64,000 nucleotides of DNA, taken from positions 1 to 64,000 of the IMG/VR virus record IMGVR_UViG_3300010052_000216; one strand, given 5' to 3'. Origin of the DNA: a virus (Duplodnaviria > Caudoviricetes). The notes under the pieces are model-generated. The model ran no database searches. It was not told where the DNA came from and saw only the letters and a program-made list of their open reading frames with translations. Both the position numbers and the translations under genes were made by a program. This document shows, one piece after another, positions 28,478 to 38,991 of the stretch (position 1 is its first letter; each line of letters opens with the position of its first letter).

Positions 28478-29593
28478 GTGTCAATTTCGCTGGATCACAC
28501 CCAAGCCAAAGACGTGTTGTTTGAGCAGGCGGATGCCGCGCGTCGAGGCGAATTAACTGAATTAGCAGCTGACTGGAAAGATCGCGTTATGCGTCTTGGT
28601 GAGTTATGTCCTCACGGCAAAAGCTCAACCGTCATCGCCGCATTAGGAACAGCTCTCCTAGCCAAATCGACGAATAGCTCTGTAGATGTCTATTCGTTGC
28701 TGGATCGGGGCGAATCGCCAAATTCGTATTCTGCGCGCTCCTTGGCCGATAACGTTTGGGCACGGCATCGCGCGGAGTTAGAAATCGATCTGGGGGCGAA
28801 TGGTGCTAATCCACTCAATAACACTCCTTTCATTGGTAAAACTCGGATCGATGAAATCTCAGGCGTGAAAAATCGAGATGGATGGGCATTTTTTATCGAA
28901 TGCGTTGCGGCCGCCCAAAGACTGGAAACGACTGATGACGCCCGGCAAGCACTAAGTGGCTTTATCGTGGCACGCAGTCGCAGCTTGTTGCCTCCACTCG
29001 AAATACATCCAGCTCACGGCGATAACCTTAAAGAACGGGTTCTGATTTCTTTGATTGAAAAGTTCGTTGCTGAAGACTCAGAAGGCGGGCGTCGTGCGCA
29101 AGCTGCAGTAGCCGCATTACTTGACGCAAGCTTCAGCCCTCCGCAAGTCGCTGTAGGTGTGATCAACGACCCTGACCGACATGCGCCGCTCGACGTCTCT
29201 GTAACTGACGAATTGAATCGATACTTGATTGCGTTCGAAGTAAAAGACAAACCAATAGAGGGGCATCATGTCCGTCAAAGCATTGAAAAAACCGTAAAAA
29301 ATCATGCGGTTCGGAATTTTGGTTTCGCCGCAATCAGTCAACGGCAAACGGTTGTTGACTTCGACGACGTTACCCACTGGGCTGCACGCCATGGTGTAAA
29401 GGTCACCGTTTTTACCGATTGGCGGAGTTTGTATTTGGCTTGCAAGTGTTTTGCCTCTACCGATGATCAAATTTTTGAAGGAAAAGTCTTTCGGAACTGG
29501 CTAGTCCGCAACTCTGAATTGGGAGTCTCGCGCGATTCAGTGATACGTTTGCAACAATCAGTTGCAACTGAAAAAGCCGCGTCGGATGGTTGA
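28478..29593 (+). CDS. Type II restriction endonuclease, SacI-like family
   Basis: YSARSL...LGANGANPLNNTPF; PLDV...FEVKDK PD-(D/E)xK; adjacent to a methyltransferase. Confidence 0.7.
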   Translation: MSISLDHTQAKDVLFEQADAARRGELTELAADWKDRVMRLGELCPHGKSSTVIAALGTALLAKSTNSSVDVYSLLDRGESPNSYSARSLADNVWARHRAELEIDLGANGANPLNNTPFIGKTRIDEISGVKNRDGWAFFIECVAAAQRLETTDDARQALSGFIVARSRSLLPPLEIHPAHGDNLKERVLISLIEKFVAEDSEGGRRAQAAVAALLDASFSPPQVAVGVINDPDRHAPLDVSVTDELNRYLIAFEVKDKPIEGHHVRQSIEKTVKNHAVRNFGFAAISQRQTVVDFDDVTHWAARHGVKVTVFTDWRSLYLACKCFASTDDQIFEGKVFRNWLVRNSELGVSRDSVIRLQQSVATEKAASDG

Positions 29594-29670
29594 CAAATCT
29601 TCTGGAATAGGCCCTTTGGTAGATAGTGTCGGAAAGTCAGGTACATTGGATCAATTACGAATTGGAGTCG

Positions 29671-30636
29671 ATGCGAATTATGGCGAAGCAACAGAAGTTA
29701 CCTTTCAATCCCCGGCCGAAACGCAAAAAAGTTGAGTACGGTGATGTTCTCTACCAAACAGACATGGGCACCGCTATCGTCGGCGATTCGTTGGAAACTT
29801 TGAAGAAGATCCCTGCCTCGAGTGTCAACCTGGTCGTCACGTCACCTCCATACGCCTTGCATTTCAAAAAGGCATACGGCAATGCAGAAAAGCACGAATA
29901 CGTCGATTGGTTTTTACCCTTTGCCAAAGAAATTCATCGTGTGCTTACCGATGACGGAAGTTTCGTGCTGAACATCGGCGGGAGTTACAACAAAGGTACG
30001 CCAACACGATCGATCTATCATTTCAAACTCCTAGTAGCATTGGTCGATCAAATTGGATTTCATCTAGCGCAAGAACTGTTCTGGTATAACCCAGCCAAAA
30101 TGCCAGCGCCCGCGGAGTGGGTTACTGTTCGTCGAATGCGGGTCAAAGACTCGGTCGAATACGTTTGGTGGTTTAGTAAAACGGCATGGCCGAAGGCCTC
30201 GAATTCCAATGTGTTAAAGGCCTATAGCAAGGACATGCTGCGGCTCAACGCCAGGAAAGTCCGAGAAACAGTTCGTCCCTCGGGACATGTAATACGCTCG
30301 GGCTTCGACAAAATCCACGCTGGTGGTTCGATACCACCGAACGTGATCGAAGAGGATGCCGCCGAAGACATGCTACGTTTCGGAAATAACGCCGCCAACG
30401 ACCAATACACGCTCCGGTGCAAAGAGGCTGGAATTAAAATCCATCCGGCCCGATTCCCTGCGGCCCTTCCCGATTTTTGTATTCGCCTCCTTACAGATTC
30501 AGACGATTTAGTTGTTGATCCATTCGCAGGTTCAAACACGACTGGCGCTGTCGCAGAAAAGTTGGGAAGGAAATGGATAGCCATCGAAAACAGTAAGGAA
30601 TATCTCGAAGCCAGCAAGTTTCGTTTTGATTTGTGA
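29671..30636 (+). CDS. Beta-class N4-C/N6-A DNA methyltransferase (M.PvuII-like)
   Basis: [18 protein letters not shown]; HPARFP; [12 protein letters not shown]. Confidence 0.88.
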   Translation: MRIMAKQQKLPFNPRPKRKKVEYGDVLYQTDMGTAIVGDSLETLKKIPASSVNLVVTSPPYALHFKKAYGNAEKHEYVDWFLPFAKEIHRVLTDDGSFVLNIGGSYNKGTPTRSIYHFKLLVALVDQIGFHLAQELFWYNPAKMPAPAEWVTVRRMRVKDSVEYVWWFSKTAWPKASNSNVLKAYSKDMLRLNARKVRETVRPSGHVIRSGFDKIHAGGSIPPNVIEEDAAEDMLRFGNNAANDQYTLRCKEAGIKIHPARFPAALPDFCIRLLTDSDDLVVDPFAGSNTTGAVAEKLGRKWIAIENSKEYLEASKFRFDL

Positions 30637-30938
30637 AAATCGCCTTCCATAACGTCACCTACGACTTGTTCAAAAAATTCGGACAAACAAAACAAACTGT
30701 GCCTAGTACAGTGACGGTTCCCGCACGCGTCTTAGGCACTATTTCGCCCGGGAGTACCTAATCATCGTTGGCAACTTGTCTTTGCCTCTGCCACACTGGC
30801 AGACCCGCCGTGGGCCACACGTTGGCCACGTGTCGCAAACCGCGCGGCACTGGCATCGGTAGGCCAATCTCGTTGCGAGCGCGAACGTTGGTTCGACGTT
30901 GCGAACACAGGCGCTCGACGGTCGTTGGCAAGATTCCC

Positions 30939-31180
30939 AAGTTTCACCCCCTCCCTCACGTGCGCTCGCGTACACGCGCGCGGGTGGGGGTACGGGTGAA
31001 TAGGTGAAACATGAGAGAGAGAGTTGTTTTTTATTTGTATTTATGGACTTTTTGCATTTTTCAAGTTTCACCCTAAGGGGGTGAATCTTGGGTGAATGAT
31101 GGGGAAACATGACGGTCATCTTGGGCGTCTGGAAGGTTTGGGTAAGGTTCAAGTTTCACCCTCCGATTGAAGTTTCACCC
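30939..31180. repeat. Iteron-like array, putative replication origin
   Basis: AAGTTTCACCC at 30939, 31063, 31151, 31170; inverted GGGTGAA at 30994, 31079, 31090 and GGTGAAAC at 31003; AT-rich tract 31024-31062; at the 3' end of the primase gene. Confidence 0.65.
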
Positions 31181-33435
31181 CGCGCTAAGCGATAGCCGCG
31201 CGAGGACCAACCGGCTCTTGGTGAGGTGGCAATCTCGATCTCGCCTTGTTGGCACAGCGTCTCGATCAACGACATGAATGTTTTGCTGTCCGTCTTCATC
31301 CGCTTGAGCAACACGCTATGCGGTAACTGGCGCTCGGGCGCTTCCTGCAGTTTGCGCAGGAGCTTGAGGCACTCGCCGTGGAACGGGTTCTCCGCAACAT
31401 GGTTGTGGGCCATGAACAGCATCCGCCGCGTTTGATGGAGGATGAATTCGGTGGCCCAACGTACAGCGGTCGCATCGATCACGGGCGCGCGGTGATTACC
31501 GCTCACGGCGTAGAGCAGCGCCAGCTTGCGAATCTGCTCGGGCACGCGTCCCCACACCGTCGTGCCAACCGGATCTCCGCGGGCCTCGGCAGCCGAGTAT
31601 TCGTCCTCGGAGACCACGCGCGCTTCGGTTAACAGCCGTCGCGCGGCGGTATCGGCCTCGACGATCTTAGGGACCGGATGAAACCGTTCCAGATTCCCGG
31701 TCCCCGGAGTGAAGTCGGACCACCATTGCGCCGTTTCCAGAATCCTTGCTGACGGATCGATGAGTCCTGGCTCCTGGCCCAGGCTTCGCTTGCCGCTTTC
31801 GACAATGAGCATGCGGGCAAAAAAGCCATTGGTCAGCATCCGCTCCGATAGCGCGGCGTAGTAGTGGGTAGGGATTGCCGTGCCATAAACCACGAGGCAC
31901 GGTTGGTCGATCACCCCGGCAGCCTCCTTGCCCGCCTTGCGCCGCATCGGAAAGATGCTATTTGCCGCAGAATACATCGTCAGCAGCGTCCCAAGGATAT
32001 TCTCGTGCCGGGCATCCTGGGATTTGTTGATCGATTGCAACAAGCCGTCGATTTCGTCGGTTTGAAAGAGCATCGACGGCGTGCGGAGTAGCGAATCTTG
32101 GATGCCTTCACCGGACGCGAACTTTTCCCCGAGTGCTTCGACCATGCCGACGCGGTGGAGAATGGTCGTATTGAGCTTGCGTGGCCAATCCTTGCCGACC
32201 GAGGAATAGGCGAGCGCTAACACATAGAGGTTAGTGCGGTTGTCGGCGGGATCGCGCACCTTTCGACCAGCGAGAATTGCCTGGAGCGCCAACGCGCCAC
32301 AAAACGCGAGGGGAACGTTGGGATAGGGTGCGGTCGCTAGGCAATGGTCCATCACCTCGGACACGAAGCCGGGAACACGGAACAATACATCCGGCCAAAC
32401 ACCTGGATCGATATAAACTGGTGGAGGCGTGGAAGGTGCTGCGGGAGTGGCGACGCCGACGATCCGCGATAGATCAACATCGCTGCCGATAGATTCACCA
32501 TAGCCCTGCGCGCGTAGGGCAACAGCTGCGGCGGCGAAGTCGCCGGCATGTTCGAGTAACGCGTAAACCGAGAACGGCGCGTAAGCCCGCTCGGGCTCGA
32601 ACGGCGCGGCATTCGATGAGAAGACATAGAACACGTTGTCTTGGAGCGTCGCGCTCCAGCCGTCTTGCTTGCCAGGTCGTCGCCAACATTCGTTCTTGCC
32701 GCGCCGCACTAACTGCCAACCGTGCCGACGTAAGACTTCGCGAACATCGCCGCGCTCGTTGAACTCGTCACCAGGTCGACCACTGCCCGTCGATTGCGGA
32801 TGCGATGCGACCGGCGGCAAGACCTCGTTGAGCGACAACGCAGCCTGGATCAAGATCTGCCGCTCGGCTTTGGTCAGCACGGCCACCGATTCAAACGTAC
32901 CTTGCTCTAAGATGTAGCCTACGGTCGGCGCGCACAAAAACAACCCACCTTCGCCGCGGGTTTCAATGAGCGTCAGCGTGACTTCGAATTGCTCGCCAAC
33001 CTTTCGTGGCACATGCCGTTTACCGGCGTAATCGAGCGGTTTCGAATCCGCCGCAGTGAGAGTTCGTTGTGCCAGCTTGCGATTCCCCGGAATCGCTGTC
33101 TCGCAGCGATAGACCACGTGCCGCCCGCCCGATTGCGAACGTTCGATGGTCAACTTCTCTACCAAGCCCGGGCACTGGGAGTCGACGAGCTCATACCAGG
33201 CCTGAAAGAGCTCAGCCTCGTGATCGAAATCCAATAACTCCAAATTCCCTGACACCGCGCCCGTCAGAATGCAGAGAGCCGGGGCGTCGGCAAACCACGT
33301 GCGCACCTGCCGATCCGTGGGCAGGCGACGTTGGTATTGCTTCCAGCCCGCGAGCGCGGGCCTTTTCTCCACCAAGAGGGCGGGAAGGACGCAGAGACCG
33401 GAACGAAGATAGGCGGACGCGGTGTCGAGCATCAA
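31156..33435 (-). CDS. Bifunctional primase-polymerase fused to a DUF3987-type helicase domain
   Basis: N-terminal EKRPAL..WK.YQ, TGAVSGNLE.LDFD, RSQSGGRHV.YR; C-terminal ALAYSSVGK and FQTDEIDG. Confidence 0.85.
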   Translation of the reverse strand: MMLDTASAYLRSGLCVLPALLVEKRPALAGWKQYQRRLPTDRQVRTWFADAPALCILTGAVSGNLELLDFDHEAELFQAWYELVDSQCPGLVEKLTIERSQSGGRHVVYRCETAIPGNRKLAQRTLTAADSKPLDYAGKRHVPRKVGEQFEVTLTLIETRGEGGLFLCAPTVGYILEQGTFESVAVLTKAERQILIQAALSLNEVLPPVASHPQSTGSGRPGDEFNERGDVREVLRRHGWQLVRRGKNECWRRPGKQDGWSATLQDNVFYVFSSNAAPFEPERAYAPFSVYALLEHAGDFAAAAVALRAQGYGESIGSDVDLSRIVGVATPAAPSTPPPVYIDPGVWPDVLFRVPGFVSEVMDHCLATAPYPNVPLAFCGALALQAILAGRKVRDPADNRTNLYVLALAYSSVGKDWPRKLNTTILHRVGMVEALGEKFASGEGIQDSLLRTPSMLFQTDEIDGLLQSINKSQDARHENILGTLLTMYSAANSIFPMRRKAGKEAAGVIDQPCLVVYGTAIPTHYYAALSERMLTNGFFARMLIVESGKRSLGQEPGLIDPSARILETAQWWSDFTPGTGNLERFHPVPKIVEADTAARRLLTEARVVSEDEYSAAEARGDPVGTTVWGRVPEQIRKLALLYAVSGNHRAPVIDATAVRWATEFILHQTRRMLFMAHNHVAENPFHGECLKLLRKLQEAPERQLPHSVLLKRMKTDSKTFMSLIETLCQQGEIEIATSPRAGWSSRGYRLARGETSIGG

Positions 33436-35087
33436 AACGGAATCTCATTAGGATCGTATTCACGCGGAACGATGGGTAACGCTTCAGGGAGTGGCCCTAA
33501 CTCGTAATCGATGATTCGTTCGTAGGGATCACCTGCCACAGCGCGCGTCGTGATCCCGCGTGTCTCTGCCAAACCACCGCCGTCGGCGATAGCCAGGGCC
33601 TCGTCGACTGTGCCTGGAACTGGGTCGGGCGAGCGGCGTCGCCACCAGGTTTCGGCTTTGCGTCGCGCAAATCCCTCGTGTTCGAAGCAGATCCATTCGC
33701 TTTTGGTTTTATGCCAGCCGACGCTGTAATCGACACGAAGTGTGCGTGGAGCGTCTTCCGCCGCACCGCGCTTCACATGAATGCTGTAGTGGACGTCTTG
33801 GACAACGTGCTTGGTCGTCGTGACCTCACCTGAGAGCACACCGGCCTCGCTGGCCTTGGCCTCGTGCTTTTGCCGCTCCGGTGGTGGGAACTCAAACCCG
33901 CACTGCGGGCAACGGCCAAAACCGGCGGCGATGACCGCTTGGCATTCGGGGCATTCTTTGGCCGGCGCTTTGCCGTTGCCGCGTTCCTGTGTGGTGACCT
34001 GGATCTCGTCGACCGGACCGTGGCGCAGGACGTTGCCGCCGAAGTCGAGGACCAAGCAATTCTCTTTGCTGGGATGCAAGCGAAACCCGCGGCCGACCAT
34101 TTGGTAATACAAGCCGGGCGACATCGTCGGCCGCACGAGCGCCACGCAATCGATGTGCGGCGCATCGAACCCAGTCGTCAGCACATTCACGTTGCAGAGG
34201 ATCTTGAGCTCGCCCGCCTTGAAGCGTGCCAGCGTGGCGTTCCGTTCGGTTGTCGGTGTCTCGCCGCAAACAAAACCACATTCCAACCCGTGTTCGCTAC
34301 GCAACGTCTCGACGATGTGTTGGCCATGCTTCACCCCCGAGGAGAAGATCAGACAAGCATTGCGGGATGCGGCATACTCGACGATCTCCGTGCAGGCCGC
34401 ACGAACGAGCGCATCCTGATCCATCAGGCTCTCGACCTCGTCGGCCATGAACTCGCCGCCCCGCACGTGCAGCGACGTCATGTCGGCCTTGGTCTTACCT
34501 GCTTTGCTAATAAGCGGGCACAGATAGCCGTCGCGAATCAGTTCACGAACGCCGACCTCGTAGCAAATGTGATTGAGCAACCCATCTGGCGTGCAAATCG
34601 GTCCGGTCTTCAACCGGAATGGTGTGGCCGTGAATCCAATGACTCTTAGGTTCGGATTGACGACGCGGGCCTCGGCCAGGAACTGCCGATACATGCCGTC
34701 CCCCTCGAGGGGAATTAAATGGGCTTCATCCACGAGAATGAGGTCAAACGGCTCCAGATCGCAGGCCTTCTTGTAAATCGACTGAATGCCGGCCACCGTT
34801 ACCGGATACCCAATGTCGCGTCGTTTGAGGCCTGCCGAGTAGATGCCAAAGCTCACCTCGGGACAGACCACGCGCAACTTGTCGGCGGTCTGCTCGAGTA
34901 GTTCCTTTACGTGCGCCAGGATCAACACGCGGCCATTCCACTGCGTCACCGCATCACGGCAGATCGTTGCCATGATCGGCGTCTTGCCGCCGGCCGTTGG
35001 GACCACCGCGCACGGGTGATCTTCCCGACGACGCAGATGGTCGTACACGGCATCGACGCATGCTCGTTGATAAGGACGCAGATCCAT
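33432..35087 (-). CDS. SF2 DEAD/DEAH helicase with zinc finger (RadD/YejH-like)
   Basis: PTAGGKT, DEAH, GFTATP, QMVGRGFR, KECPEC..CPQC. Confidence 0.9.
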   Translation of the reverse strand: MDLRPYQRACVDAVYDHLRRREDHPCAVVPTAGGKTPIMATICRDAVTQWNGRVLILAHVKELLEQTADKLRVVCPEVSFGIYSAGLKRRDIGYPVTVAGIQSIYKKACDLEPFDLILVDEAHLIPLEGDGMYRQFLAEARVVNPNLRVIGFTATPFRLKTGPICTPDGLLNHICYEVGVRELIRDGYLCPLISKAGKTKADMTSLHVRGGEFMADEVESLMDQDALVRAACTEIVEYAASRNACLIFSSGVKHGQHIVETLRSEHGLECGFVCGETPTTERNATLARFKAGELKILCNVNVLTTGFDAPHIDCVALVRPTMSPGLYYQMVGRGFRLHPSKENCLVLDFGGNVLRHGPVDEIQVTTQERGNGKAPAKECPECQAVIAAGFGRCPQCGFEFPPPERQKHEAKASEAGVLSGEVTTTKHVVQDVHYSIHVKRGAAEDAPRTLRVDYSVGWHKTKSEWICFEHEGFARRKAETWWRRRSPDPVPGTVDEALAIADGGGLAETRGITTRAVAGDPYERIIDYELGPLPEALPIVPREYDPNEIPF

Positions 35088-35089
35088 CG

Positions 35090-35266
35090 TTAAAACAATT
35101 CTCCGTTCCAGCGTTTTTCGCCCCGTTGGCGATTCATTTGTGCTTCAGTCAAGTGGAAGTGGTAGCGATCATTGATCGACCGGCAGCGGCGACACATCCG
35201 ATTGCCCGGTCCGGTCGAATCGAACGCCTTGCGACACTTCAAACAGATTCGTCGTTGGGTTTGCAC
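35090..35266 (-). CDS. Small zinc-finger protein
   Basis: GTG start with GGAGG; CLKC...NRMCRRC; 58 aa. Confidence 0.6.
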   Translation of the reverse strand: MQTQRRICLKCRKAFDSTGPGNRMCRRCRSINDRYHFHLTEAQMNRQRGEKRWNGELF

Positions 35267-35475
35267 CGTGCCTCCAATCGTTCGATCTCGCGTTGTAGAT
35301 ACCAGTGGGCCTTCTTGAGATCGGTCAGACGCTGGCCTTTGTGGTCGGAACGGGCGACGTATTTCACGACGTTGCCCAGATGAAAACCCAACCGCCACGA
35401 TTCGATCACGTCGATGACCTCAATTGGACTGAATGTGTAGTGCGGCGGATGGTCGATGGTCGATTGATTGCTCAT
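35239..35475 (-). CDS. DUF3310-family protein
   Basis: DHPPHY..IEVIDVI..GFHLGNVVKYVAR..HKG...DLKKA.WYL. Confidence 0.85.
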   Translation of the reverse strand: MSNQSTIDHPPHYTFSPIEVIDVIESWRLGFHLGNVVKYVARSDHKGQRLTDLKKAHWYLQREIERLEARCKPNDESV

Positions 35476-35815
35476 AGGGTTCGATAAGAAGATGGATTTT
35501 GCCGCCAGCCATGACCTGACGACGAATTAACAACAAGCGGTCGATTTGCGAATCGTCTTCGTACGCACCACCTTGGGCGAGTGCGTCTAAGAGACTTTTG
35601 AGGAGGTTGTCTAGATCCCGTCTTCGTCGATCAGGCGGATGGACATCGATCTCGATTGCCAAGGAGCCAACGAGTGGCCGCACGCGTCGCCGCGCGAGGA
35701 TCGCGCCAACCTTAGAGCGGTAAGCACGACCCTCGCGACTGACGAGCACGCGCGGGCCAACATGACGCCAGTAGTGGTTCACGCTCGGCGGATAGGGCAG
35801 ATCGAGTTCGACCAT
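35420..35815 (-). CDS. rusA: RusA-family Holliday junction resolvase
   Basis: LPYPPSVNHYW; PDRRRRDLDNLLKSLLDAL; DDSQI. Confidence 0.9.
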   Translation of the reverse strand: MVELDLPYPPSVNHYWRHVGPRVLVSREGRAYRSKVGAILARRRVRPLVGSLAIEIDVHPPDRRRRDLDNLLKSLLDALAQGGAYEDDSQIDRLLLIRRQVMAGGKIHLLIEPYEQSIDHRPSAALHIQSN

Positions 35816-36291
35816 CAGCGTTTCCAGGGTGGCGTACTGGCCGGCGTGCCGTTCATCGCTGCAGCGACTGTCGCTGGCTTTGCGGCGGCTGGCGATTCCT
35901 TCTTGGAAAATCCCTTGATCTCGTTGGACAACTCGCCGGTGTCGTTGCGCTTCTTGCAGCGGACGTGGATGATCAGCGGCAAGTTGTGCAACTCGACCGA
36001 GTCATTGGGGGCCAAGACGCCGACGGCTCGGCAAATCGATGAAAGTTCTTGTTGGGCAATCTTCCGTGCGGTCGCGTTGCTGTTGTCGAGATTCAGTCGT
36101 GCCCAGAGCAGCCGATTGACGTACGGGCCTTCGAGCACCTGGAACGTCAGCTGCAAATAGCTGCCGTTCCCGGATTTCGTGGGCTTCATCTCCGAATCGG
36201 TGATGACGGCCACATATTTGCCAGCGGGGATTGGTTCAAAATCATCTGCTGGTTCGACATTGTTGGCATCAAAGCCACTTAGATCTGCCAT
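35815..36291 (-). CDS. DUF669-family protein (SSB-like)
   Basis: FEPIPAGKYVAVITDSEMK.TKSGNG.YL.LTF.VLEG. Confidence 0.8.
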   Translation of the reverse strand: MADLSGFDANNVEPADDFEPIPAGKYVAVITDSEMKPTKSGNGSYLQLTFQVLEGPYVNRLLWARLNLDNSNATARKIAQQELSSICRAVGVLAPNDSVELHNLPLIIHVRCKKRNDTGELSNEIKGFSKKESPAAAKPATVAAAMNGTPASTPPWKR

Positions 36292-36343
36292 TGGATGTGT
36301 TCCTTGAATGAGTTGTTGGATGAATGGATCAGTAAGTTGTTAG

Positions 36344-37105
36344 TTACGACTTCGCCGACATGGCCTGCATGAAGGCAGGCCAAGACAACGGCAATTCTTC
36401 GGTGATGCCGTAGCGATTCTTGGCCGTGCACGAGGGTCCACCGACGCAACGCAGGATTCGTTCGCCGCCGGCTTTGCCAACGGCTTGCGCGATCGTTCGC
36501 TTGCGATTGAAACCCGCGTCCTCGGATTGCGTGCGCATCTTGCGCGTGGCGAAGAGGACCGCGTCGCACCATTCGCTCACCAAAGAAGCGGCATGCTTGT
36601 GCAGCCGCGGTGAATAGCGGTCGTACGGTGAAGACTCGGGATCTTCAAACCGTTCGACCTTCGAGTGGGCCAAGAGCAACACCACCATGCCGCGTTGATT
36701 ACGCAGTGCGTTGAGATAGTCGATGATCTCGCGCCAGTAAGTCAGGGCGTGGGTGTAGCCCTTCGAATAACCACCATCGACTTTTTCAATCGAATTGACA
36801 TTGGCTTGGGCGCACAACTTGTCCCAAACGAGGCGTTCGAGCCAATCGAGCGAATCAATCACGACGCTTTCGAAGTCGTGCGGCTGGGAGCGGAGTTCGA
36901 GCAGTGCCGCCAGCACTTCGTCATACGAAGTCGCCAGCGGAAACTTGTCGCAATCGATTTCATCCAGGCCATCCTCGGTCTGAATGAAGATCGGTTTGGG
37001 AGCTTGGGAGCCAAAGGTCGATTTGCCGATCCCTTCGACACCGTACAGCAAGACACGGGGTGGTTTGGAAATTCGGCCACGTTGGATTTGGGTGAGGAGT
37101 GTCAT
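36344..37105 (-). CDS. AAA_24-type ATPase (Sak4-like recombination protein)
   Basis: LLYGVEGIGKST; VVIDSLDWLE; LAHS. Confidence 0.85.
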   Translation of the reverse strand: MTLLTQIQRGRISKPPRVLLYGVEGIGKSTFGSQAPKPIFIQTEDGLDEIDCDKFPLATSYDEVLAALLELRSQPHDFESVVIDSLDWLERLVWDKLCAQANVNSIEKVDGGYSKGYTHALTYWREIIDYLNALRNQRGMVVLLLAHSKVERFEDPESSPYDRYSPRLHKHAASLVSEWCDAVLFATRKMRTQSEDAGFNRKRTIAQAVGKAGGERILRCVGGPSCTAKNRYGITEELPLSWPAFMQAMSAKS

Positions 37106-37177
37106 AGGTTTTTTGGTGAAGAATGTTGTGGTGATGGAATGGAACTACTCCGTCGGCGGGCAAGGTGTCCAAAAAAG

Positions 37178-37786
37178 TCAAAAAAAGTTGTTGAGCCCCG
37201 CTTTGAGCATGCGACTGCGCAGGCGCTGCAGTTGTCGATGAACGCCGGGGCGTGATTTGCCCGTGGCCGAAGCGATGCTTGCCACATTCTCGCTGCGCAA
37301 GCGACGAGCCAGCTTCTTGAGATCGGGAGGCAAGGTTTCCAAAAACAATTCCAAGTCGTGTTTCAAATCAACGAGCTCGCAAGGCGTGCGCGTCACTTGC
37401 CCCGTTCGTTTGCCATGGGCGTCAGATGTGACAGTCGCCCCGAATTCAACCTCACCGTCTTCGTCGGAAACTTTGGCATTGAGCGATTTCCCGCCACGCA
37501 GGAATGTGCGGCATTCGGCCCGGCGATGACGGCCGAGCGATTTCGCGTGACGATCCACGATGGCCGTGAGGTAGGCATAAAAATGCCCGCGCGACGGTTC
37601 GTAATCGGGAATCCGCGTGAGAACGGCGAGCGTAAGTTCTTGTTCAAGATCATCTCGCTCATCACGCGAGAAGGCCGCTTGGCGGCTCAAGCGCCGAGCC
37701 GTGCTGCGAATGAGATTCACAGCAAATTCATCCAAGACAGGAACGGCAGGGGAACTAACGGACGGGGCAGCTGCAAGGGAGGTCAT
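37178..37786 (-). CDS. ECF-like sigma-70 family factor
   Basis: Region 2 DDLEQEL...YEPSRG.F.AYL..IV; region 4 HTH LPPDL...IASATGKSR..V; start ambiguous (37786 or 37864). Confidence 0.75.
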   Translation of the reverse strand: MTSLAAAPSVSSPAVPVLDEFAVNLIRSTARRLSRQAAFSRDERDDLEQELTLAVLTRIPDYEPSRGHFYAYLTAIVDRHAKSLGRHRRAECRTFLRGGKSLNAKVSDEDGEVEFGATVTSDAHGKRTGQVTRTPCELVDLKHDLELFLETLPPDLKKLARRLRSENVASIASATGKSRPGVHRQLQRLRSRMLKAGLNNFF

Positions 37787-37922
37787 CAGGACACCGGAGA
37801 AAGAGGTCCGCGACACACTGTGCGTCGCGTTACCCTCCGGCGGAATTGCAGCAAACGCGCGCAAAAAAATCGCGACAATTCCTAAGTGGAATCGCCGCGA
37901 CGGTTTGCGCTGCGAAAAATTG

Positions 37923-37959
37923 AGTTTGCAGTTGCAGCAAAATGTCTCAACTGCAAACT
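37923..37959. promoter_or_regulatory. Perfect 12-bp inverted repeat (operator candidate)
   Basis: AGTTTGCAGTTG-N13-CAACTGCAAACT upstream of the sigma/replication operon. Confidence 0.5.
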
Positions 37960-38058
37960 TGGCTAATTTCTACTGATACTTCCCCAGGAACGGTGATTGA
38001 GGAATGGCTTTTGATTTCGTAAGGTCAATTATCCCAGCACATTTAGGTGAACTAGTTG

Positions 38059-38991
38059 TCATTTGAAATTAGACCACATTAACTCAAGGCTTTTAGAAAT
38101 ATTGTCTGGTGTTGGCATAATATGGGCCTTTGAGATTCTTTCTTTCCATAGTTTCTGTATCAGTGACTTTGCATAAACACATTTGAATTGCAGTCTTCTC
38201 AAGCCACCCGGCTGTACCATACTTTCGTCGGTGAGCAAAGGCCAGACTCCATTTCGATTCAAGTAGCCCGTGCTATCCAATGTAGAGTATGTAAACAGAC
38301 CATCTTGAGCGAGTAGGTAGCCATTGAGATTTCGCGTTACTTCGAATGTTCTGAAGCTTCCATAGTCGAGCTTCTCAATGTTGAGAGCCCAAATATCACA
38401 GTATGAGCTTTCTGGCAGGTCTGACTTGTTTACTAAACTTTCCACCGCGAAGAATGCTGCATGTAAAGGGTTGTATGTCCAATCTAGCAGTCTTGTCGGA
38501 ATCCCATGATGCTGCGCGAGCCCAACGACTTCATGAAATGGGAAATTAGCTCGGCCATCTTCGTATCTGTTAAAGTTGCTAAGAAAGAAGTCATTAATAC
38601 TAGGCATCTTGCCCCCAGGCAATGGAAGTCCTTTTTCATTTAAAATGCGAGCAAATGACATAACAACGTGGAACTCGAACAAGGTGAGGTCAATGATTTC
38701 GCCTACACGTTCGTTGAACTCTGTTTTGTTTAAGTACACACTATGTTTGGCGTAAAGCATTCGACGCTCTTTTTCGAGCAATTCGCCATTCTGAATGCTT
38801 CTAAACACTCTATGTTCCAAGATATGACTTCTTAGAGACGACGGTTTTAACTCCCATTCGCTAGAAGCATGACCACGAAAAACCCATGGACATTCCCACC
38901 TATCACCATGCGACCAAGTAGGATGTGATCTTCGAAGGAGATTTAGCAGCTCATCTTCTGAATCTATTATTTCCGGTTGAATGCTTGGCAT
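38059..38991 (-). CDS. FRG domain protein
   Basis: VFRGH...WELKPS; LAQHHGIPTRLLDWTYNPL.AAFFA; LLAQDGLF; AT-rich. Confidence 0.88.
   Translation of the reverse strand: MPSIQPEIIDSEDELLNLLRRSHPTWSHGDRWECPWVFRGHASSEWELKPSSLRSHILEHRVFRSIQNGELLEKERRMLYAKHSVYLNKTEFNERVGEIIDLTLFEFHVVMSFARILNEKGLPLPGGKMPSINDFFLSNFNRYEDGRANFPFHEVVGLAQHHGIPTRLLDWTYNPLHAAFFAVESLVNKSDLPESSYCDIWALNIEKLDYGSFRTFEVTRNLNGYLLAQDGLFTYSTLDSTGYLNRNGVWPLLTDESMVQPGGLRRLQFKCVYAKSLIQKLWKERISKAHIMPTPDNISKSLELMWSNFK

Noticed and set aside
30739-31152. 137-aa and other overlapping ORFs downstream of the primase
   Set aside because: They span the iteron and AT tract, have low-complexity translations and lack a clear RBS; probably non-coding
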